A DNA stretch of 64,000 nucleotides, taken from a virus. The notes under the pieces were generated by a model, which was not told the DNA's origin, ran no database searches, and saw only the letters and a list, made by a program, of their open reading frames with translations. The DNA is taken from positions 17,146 through 81,145 of the IMG/VR virus record IMGVR_UViG_3300031673_000014. One strand, written 5' to 3'. This document shows positions 59,133 through 64,000 of this stretch, one piece after another; position 1 is the first letter of the stretch, and each line of letters opens with the position of its first letter. The translations under genes and the position numbers were made by a program.

Positions 59133-60612
59133 TCAGTTTAGAGAAGCAATGCAAAAAGCTGTTAAAAAGGATCAGAGAAAAGAAGAGTTAAAATCGAAAC
59201 TTATTGATCCAAGATATAGAGGATATCAAAGAGGGCTTTTGAGTCCGGAAAAATCCTATTCAATGCAATTGTTCAGGAGAATTTCAGAAAAAGCATGGTT
59301 AATAAATGTCGTAATAGGACATATTATTGATAAAACAATTCCTTATATGAGACCGGAATCGGCAAGAGGGTCCAGATATTTCGATATAGAATTGAAAGAT
59401 CCGGACAAAAAGCTTACCGATAAGCTTAAAAAAAGAGCTATGGAAATTCAGGAATTCTTTCTTCAAACAGGCTGGGATAGACTTAATCCAGACCGGGAAG
59501 ATGACCTACCCCATTACACGAAAAAGATTTTAAGAGATCTTCTCACCTTAGACCAGGTTGCAGCCGAAAAGGTAAAAACGTATAGCGGAGACATGCATTC
59601 GTTTTATGCCATAGATGCAGCTACTATCTTAAGATGTACTGAAGAGGGCTATGAGGGCGACGATAAGATTAAATTCGTTCAAATGATCCAGTCTCAAATA
59701 GTTTCTACTTATCATGCCGGACAAATAATATTTCAATTTGACAATCCCCGGACTGATGTACTTCATTATGGATATGGATATTCAAAAATAGAACAGTGTG
59801 TTGGATTGATCATATCTTCAATTAATACTTTTGCTTTCAATGCCGGAGCGTTTACAGAAGACAAACTCCCCCGGGGTATGCTACTCCTCAATGGCGATAT
59901 TGGTATGGAAGAAGTCGAAGAGATAGAAGACTATCTAATCGACGTTATGGGTCCCGATGGAATATCAGGAGCTACCGGCCGGTGGGGGATCCCGATTATC
60001 CCTTCCGGGAAAAGTGGAGACAAAAGTTCTATTTCATGGCAACCAATGGGAAATTCCAATCAGGAAATGCAATATAGCCGATGGCAAGACTTTCTTAACA
60101 TGGGAATAGCCGCCATTTACGGTGTAGATATAGAGTCAACCGGGATAAAGAACGAAAAGGGCGCTAAAATCATGGAATCGGGCTCTGCCGAAGCTCATAA
60201 GTATTCTGATGATAAAGGTATAGGTAATGCCTTAACGTTCTTAGAACGTCATTTTCAGACCATCCTGGATGAAATAGATCCTCAGTTCCGTTTTGTCTTC
60301 CATGGTTTTGAACAGGACGATGCAAAAGAAATGAGAGACGCTACTAAATCAGAGCTTGAAAGTAGTAAATCTCTTAATGAACTGAGACTGGAAAAAGATT
60401 TAAAACCAGTTCCTTTCAAGTTTGCCGATGTTCCGGGATTACAGAATCCTCAGTATTTACAAGCTTATCAGGCCGAAGTCGGTGGAGGTGAAGAAGAGGG
60501 TGCTCCCGGGGGAGATCCCGGAGCTGAAGATCAAGGGATGGATGAGTTTGATCAGGGTTTTGATGATTTTGAAAAATCAATGAATAACGATATTATAACA
60601 ATTGTTATATAA
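59119..60612 (+). CDS. Portal protein
   Basis: RDLLTLDQ, FYAIDAATI, NPRTD..YGYS.IE, SLNELR motifs; after terL. Confidence 0.9.
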   Translation: MVDGNQFREAMQKAVKKDQRKEELKSKLIDPRYRGYQRGLLSPEKSYSMQLFRRISEKAWLINVVIGHIIDKTIPYMRPESARGSRYFDIELKDPDKKLTDKLKKRAMEIQEFFLQTGWDRLNPDREDDLPHYTKKILRDLLTLDQVAAEKVKTYSGDMHSFYAIDAATILRCTEEGYEGDDKIKFVQMIQSQIVSTYHAGQIIFQFDNPRTDVLHYGYGYSKIEQCVGLIISSINTFAFNAGAFTEDKLPRGMLLLNGDIGMEEVEEIEDYLIDVMGPDGISGATGRWGIPIIPSGKSGDKSSISWQPMGNSNQEMQYSRWQDFLNMGIAAIYGVDIESTGIKNEKGAKIMESGSAEAHKYSDDKGIGNALTFLERHFQTILDEIDPQFRFVFHGFEQDDAKEMRDATKSELESSKSLNELRLEKDLKPVPFKFADVPGLQNPQYLQAYQAEVGGGEEEGAPGGDPGAEDQGMDEFDQGFDDFEKSMNNDIITIVI

Positions 60613-60621
60613 AGAAGTATA

Positions 60622-60724
60622 TTGACAACCAGCCCTATAGAATATATCTTTAAAGCATGGATGAGCTTGCTCTCCTACCCCGGCAACATATTCCCCTGAA
60701 TCTGAAAGCCGGGGTTCTTTATTT
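60622..60724 (+). ncRNA. Candidate small RNA with anti-RBS loop
   Basis: TTGACA-17-TATCTT; CTCTCCT; ACCCCGGC/GCCGGGGT hairpin whose loop holds CATATTCCCCTGA; T-rich tail. Confidence 0.5.
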
Positions 60725-60755
60725 ATAATACTTTCACGAATAACTAAAATAATGT

Positions 60756-60784
60756 TTGACAGAGAAACTAATCGGTTGTATATT
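60756..60784 (+). promoter_or_regulatory. Promoter with CTAATCGNNTG motif
   Basis: TTGACA-17-TATATT with CTAATCGGTTG. Confidence 0.75.
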
Positions 60785-60807
60785 TTAAGTATCAACAGGG
60801 GGAATTT

Positions 60808-61038
60808 ATGACAAATATTCAAGAATCGGTAATAAGAGCGACAATTTTTACAGAGATAAAATCTTTTTCTAACCAGGAAATAAAAGATATTATCCAAAAC
60901 AAAGCGAATGTTATTTTAAATGGCAGTCTTTGTGCGTCGGGTGATGTAGCGTTTACAGGAAAAGAACTTTTTTGTGGATCATATATAAATAATATTCTTG
61001 CTGTAGTCGATTATGAAGGGAACAGGCTTACGGCATAA
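60808..61038 (+). CDS. Hypothetical protein
   Basis: CAGGGGGAAT RBS. Confidence 0.55.
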   Translation: MTNIQESVIRATIFTEIKSFSNQEIKDIIQNKANVILNGSLCASGDVAFTGKELFCGSYINNILAVVDYEGNRLTA

Positions 61039-61050
61039 AGGAGAAAACCC

Positions 61051-61242
61051 ATGACAGTAATTGAAAGACGTTATTTTAGCGGATTGATAGAAATCCAGAT
61101 AGACCATACCAGATCAAGTAGCGGTCATAATGAATTGGATAGTCACGATGAGTATGAGTCATCATTTGAGACTATTGAAAAAGTGAATGAATTCATCGAA
61201 GATATAGATGAGGAATTCACAAGATTACCAGATATCAATTAG
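61051..61242 (+). CDS. Acidic hypothetical protein
   Basis: AAGGAG RBS. Confidence 0.55.
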   Translation: MTVIERRYFSGLIEIQIDHTRSSSGHNELDSHDEYESSFETIEKVNEFIEDIDEEFTRLPDIN

Positions 61243-61250
61243 GGGGATCC

Positions 61251-61535
61251 ATGGAAAAGAATATACCAGTAGCAGAAATAATGATGCTCGACCTTATGCA
61301 GAGCGATGCAATAGAAGACTATTCAAACAAAATGAGAGTCTATATGTTTTGTATGGATATGGAGAACGTCGGAAAGGAATTGATGGGAGAGGAATATTCT
61401 GAGCTTCTTTTTATTGAGAAGTTTATCGAGAAGATTCAGGAAAGTTCTGGATATTTGAGTTTTGCTTCTTTCTGTGAAGTAGATTTAGAGGGATTGGAAG
61501 ACCTTGCTGAAAAGGTTTTTAAATTATTAGCATAA
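61251..61535 (+). CDS. Acidic hypothetical protein
   Basis: AGGGGGA RBS. Confidence 0.55.
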   Translation: MEKNIPVAEIMMLDLMQSDAIEDYSNKMRVYMFCMDMENVGKELMGEEYSELLFIEKFIEKIQESSGYLSFASFCEVDLEGLEDLAEKVFKLLA

Positions 61536-61574
61536 ACAATCTTGTGATTGTACAAATATATTTATGGGGGAATT

Positions 61575-62459
61575 ATGAAAGCAAAAGACTTAACTGTGAA
61601 TTGTACATATTGTGGCAAAAGGTTTTTGCCAAGTGCCAGCGCAAGGTGTCGTCATAAAAAACACGGAACTAATATCTTTTGCTCAAGAGAATGTCACCAT
61701 ATGAACTCTGGACACCATTTCGGGAAATATAATATCAAATGCAAAACGTGTGGTAAAGAAATGGTTTCTACATATGATGGGAGAAAATATTGTTGTCTCA
61801 AATGCTATATGGCTGACCCGGAAACGAAACATAGATTAGAAGATATGAATCTTAAGAAGAAGAAAGATGCAGAAGTGATAAAGAAATGTGCTTATTGTGG
61901 GACGGTTTTACATATGAAAAAATCCAGAGAATCTAAAAGGAACTATTGCAATAAGGTATGTTCGAGGGCTTATATGTCGGAGAGATTTGACCGATTCGTT
62001 GTATCTGAAATGTCTTTAGGTAAAATAAACAATTACGATGAGTTTTTATCTAAAGAGATATTACCATGCCCTGTGGATGGATGCGACTGGGAAGGGGAGT
62101 GGTTGTCATCTCATATGAATTTTGAACACGGGATAAAGAAAGATGATTTTAAAAAAATGATGGGGTTCAATATCAAGTCGGCGATAATGACATCAGGTCT
62201 TCATCTTCAGTTCCTAAATAAAGATACAACACATTTAGACCAATATAAGGGCAAGGCTATTGGGAACTTAAAACATAAGAGAAAAGATAATTATTACTCA
62301 AGTGAGGCAAGTGAACATAAATCTAAAGAGTTCGCCCTAAGAGAAAATATTAAAGAGTGTGTAGTCTGTGGAGAAGAATTTAGAATAACCAATTTTGGAA
62401 ACCATAGATACTGCTCTGTAAGGTGCCGGGAAAAAGAATATTATAAAGATAAACTGTAA
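61575..62459 (+). CDS. Multi-zinc-finger protein with MucR-like segment
   Basis: Four CxxC...(F/Y)CxxxC fingers plus C-C...LSSHMNFEHGI---DFKK--G. Confidence 0.65.
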   Translation: MKAKDLTVNCTYCGKRFLPSASARCRHKKHGTNIFCSRECHHMNSGHHFGKYNIKCKTCGKEMVSTYDGRKYCCLKCYMADPETKHRLEDMNLKKKKDAEVIKKCAYCGTVLHMKKSRESKRNYCNKVCSRAYMSERFDRFVVSEMSLGKINNYDEFLSKEILPCPVDGCDWEGEWLSSHMNFEHGIKKDDFKKMMGFNIKSAIMTSGLHLQFLNKDTTHLDQYKGKAIGNLKHKRKDNYYSSEASEHKSKEFALRENIKECVVCGEEFRITNFGNHRYCSVRCREKEYYKDKL

Positions 62460-62482
62460 GGGCTCCTCCGGGAGCTTTTTTT
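62458..62482 (+). terminator. Intrinsic terminator
   Basis: GGGCTCC-TCCG-GGAGCTT plus T run. Confidence 0.8.
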
Positions 62483-62534
62483 ATTGCAAAAATCTTATAT
62501 ATGAACTAATCTAAACCAATGATTAAATCTAATC

Positions 62535-62636
62535 CAGCCATTTAGAATAACGGCATTTCGTGTCTGAGTGGTTGGTGCACACCACGTTTCATAATGATCA
62601 GGCAAGGTTCCTTAGTTCGAGTCAAGGAAATGGTTG
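62535..62636 (+). ncRNA. tRNA-like structured element
   Basis: CAGCCATTT/AAATGGTTG closing stem, TGTCTGA/TCAGGCA, GTGGT/ACCAC, T-loop GTTCGAGTC. Confidence 0.5.
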
Positions 62637-62669
62637 TATATAAATGCTTTTATAGGTTAAAATTACGGT

Positions 62670-63773
62670 ATGAAAATAGTGAAACTGGAAATAAACGATA
62701 TCAATGATCTTAATAGGGCTGATAAGTTCCAGAAAGCTATTGATATCTTATCAAAAGAACTGAATATCCCGGCAACAATAGAACATAAAGAGCATGGAAA
62801 AGAAGAATTTCCCTTTATTGCTCAAAACGAATTATATGAAATGTATAAAACTCGTTTCGGTTTACTCATGGATGATCTATATTCCCGGGTATGTTCAACA
62901 GTCGGACTCCGGCCAATCTCTACTTTCAAGAAATCAATCGATCCTAAAGCGCCAAAGCTCGGTAAAGAGATATTATGGAATCCAGAGACAGGACTTCCAA
63001 TTACTCAAAAAGATCTTGACAGGCTCTTAGGTGCCGTTGATAAGTTCATGAATAGAAATAATCCCACAAAAGAATTTGTAATTAATCAGGCTGCCGTCTC
63101 CAGGATAATCTCGGATATGAGAAAAAAATCAGATATGGAAGCTTTGAGAAAAATTCCTCTTAAAGATGTTGTTTTCAAAAAAACAAGTTGGGATCAGTTC
63201 AAAGACTATACAGATATTAAAAACTTCTTCCCGAGTTCAGATATTAACCGGTTGAAATTCAGAGAGAGAATAGTCGGAAATTATATTCAGGATGTAAACG
63301 ATAAAACCAGAAAGGGAATAAGAGACATTCTTGATCAGGGATATATGGCCGGAAAATCAAAAGGACAAATATCTCAGGACCTATTCTATAAGTTTGGAGA
63401 CTTGAATAAAGACTGGGACAGGATAATTGATACTGAAGGTGTGAATATCTTTAATGCCGAATACATAGATGAGCAGAAAAGCGAATCCCTGCCCGGTGAG
63501 CCCTTGTATTTCGTTCGTAGAGAGTATGGCGATGCAAATACTTGTTCTTTCTGTATGGGCGCAGTACAGGATCAAATTATTGCTCGATGGTCTGATGTTC
63601 CCTTATCTGATGAAAATATAAATGATCCTATTGCCTCTATTGCTATCTGGGATGGGAAGAGTAACTATGGAGTTAAGAGGGATAGTTGGGCGTGGTCTGC
63701 TGGACCAAACCATCCCCGATGTCGCGGCTCATGGGATAGATACTATGAAGAACTGGGAGATATTGAATTATGA
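62670..63773 (+). CDS. Phage minor head morphogenesis protein (Mu gpF/SPP1 gp7-like)
   Basis: DW-RI--TE, C-FC, PNHPRCRG motifs. Confidence 0.8.
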   Translation: MKIVKLEINDINDLNRADKFQKAIDILSKELNIPATIEHKEHGKEEFPFIAQNELYEMYKTRFGLLMDDLYSRVCSTVGLRPISTFKKSIDPKAPKLGKEILWNPETGLPITQKDLDRLLGAVDKFMNRNNPTKEFVINQAAVSRIISDMRKKSDMEALRKIPLKDVVFKKTSWDQFKDYTDIKNFFPSSDINRLKFRERIVGNYIQDVNDKTRKGIRDILDQGYMAGKSKGQISQDLFYKFGDLNKDWDRIIDTEGVNIFNAEYIDEQKSESLPGEPLYFVRREYGDANTCSFCMGAVQDQIIARWSDVPLSDENINDPIASIAIWDGKSNYGVKRDSWAWSAGPNHPRCRGSWDRYYEELGDIEL

Positions 63774-64000
63774 AATGTGAATGCGGACTTAATTTAGAGA
63801 ATATCGGCGGTCTTATGTTATGCCCTGAGTGTGATATAATAGAAGAACCAATGGATAAAACATTGAGTGATGCTAAATGGGTACAGGAGAAACACGATGA
63901 TAGTAATCAGAAAATCAATTAACTTAAAAGGGAAAGGCGACAAATTTAATCTCGAAAAGATTTCCGAAAAACATAAGGTTTCTCTTGATAAAATAGAAAA

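Overview
The window is almost an entire genome of an AT-rich dsDNA tailed phage with a contractile tail (myovirus), apparently opened inside the head module. Terminase, portal and a Mu-F-like minor head gene lie at the right end. Protease/scaffold, major capsid, neck, sheath, tube, tape measure, baseplate and tail fibre lie at 1.9-22.8 kb. A short minus-strand block (22.9-26.4 kb) holds an OMP-like moron, an SF2 helicase and an antirepressor. A long plus-strand early/accessory region follows, with a single-chain Mre11-Rad50 (SbcD-SbcC) fusion, TetR, an M23 peptidase, NinG, two DNA methyltransferases, a replisome organizer with internal iterons, dUTPase, several antirepressor/Rha proteins and many small ORFans. 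No integrase, CI-like repressor, polymerase, RT, CRISPR array or canonical lysis cassette is visible. A diderm host, possibly a spirochaete, is suggested but not proven. The most interesting signals are non-coding: (1) a promoter-to-terminator ~810-nt unit made of a ~600-nt densely hairpinned RNA plus a tRNA cloverleaf with a broken anticodon loop (ROOL/GOLLD-like in size and context); (2) small RNAs carrying anti-SD/anti-AUG sequences that match the phage's own GGGGGA ribosome-binding sites; (3) a dedicated AUG-AAA-UAG minigene transcript; (4) two parallel attenuator leaders in front of antirepressors; (5) a five-promoter CTAATCGNNTG regulon; (6) a repeat-delimited gene-cassette array; and (7) an internally deleted Tad2/DUF2829-like anti-defence gene. 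All family calls are by-eye motif recognition; no searches were run.
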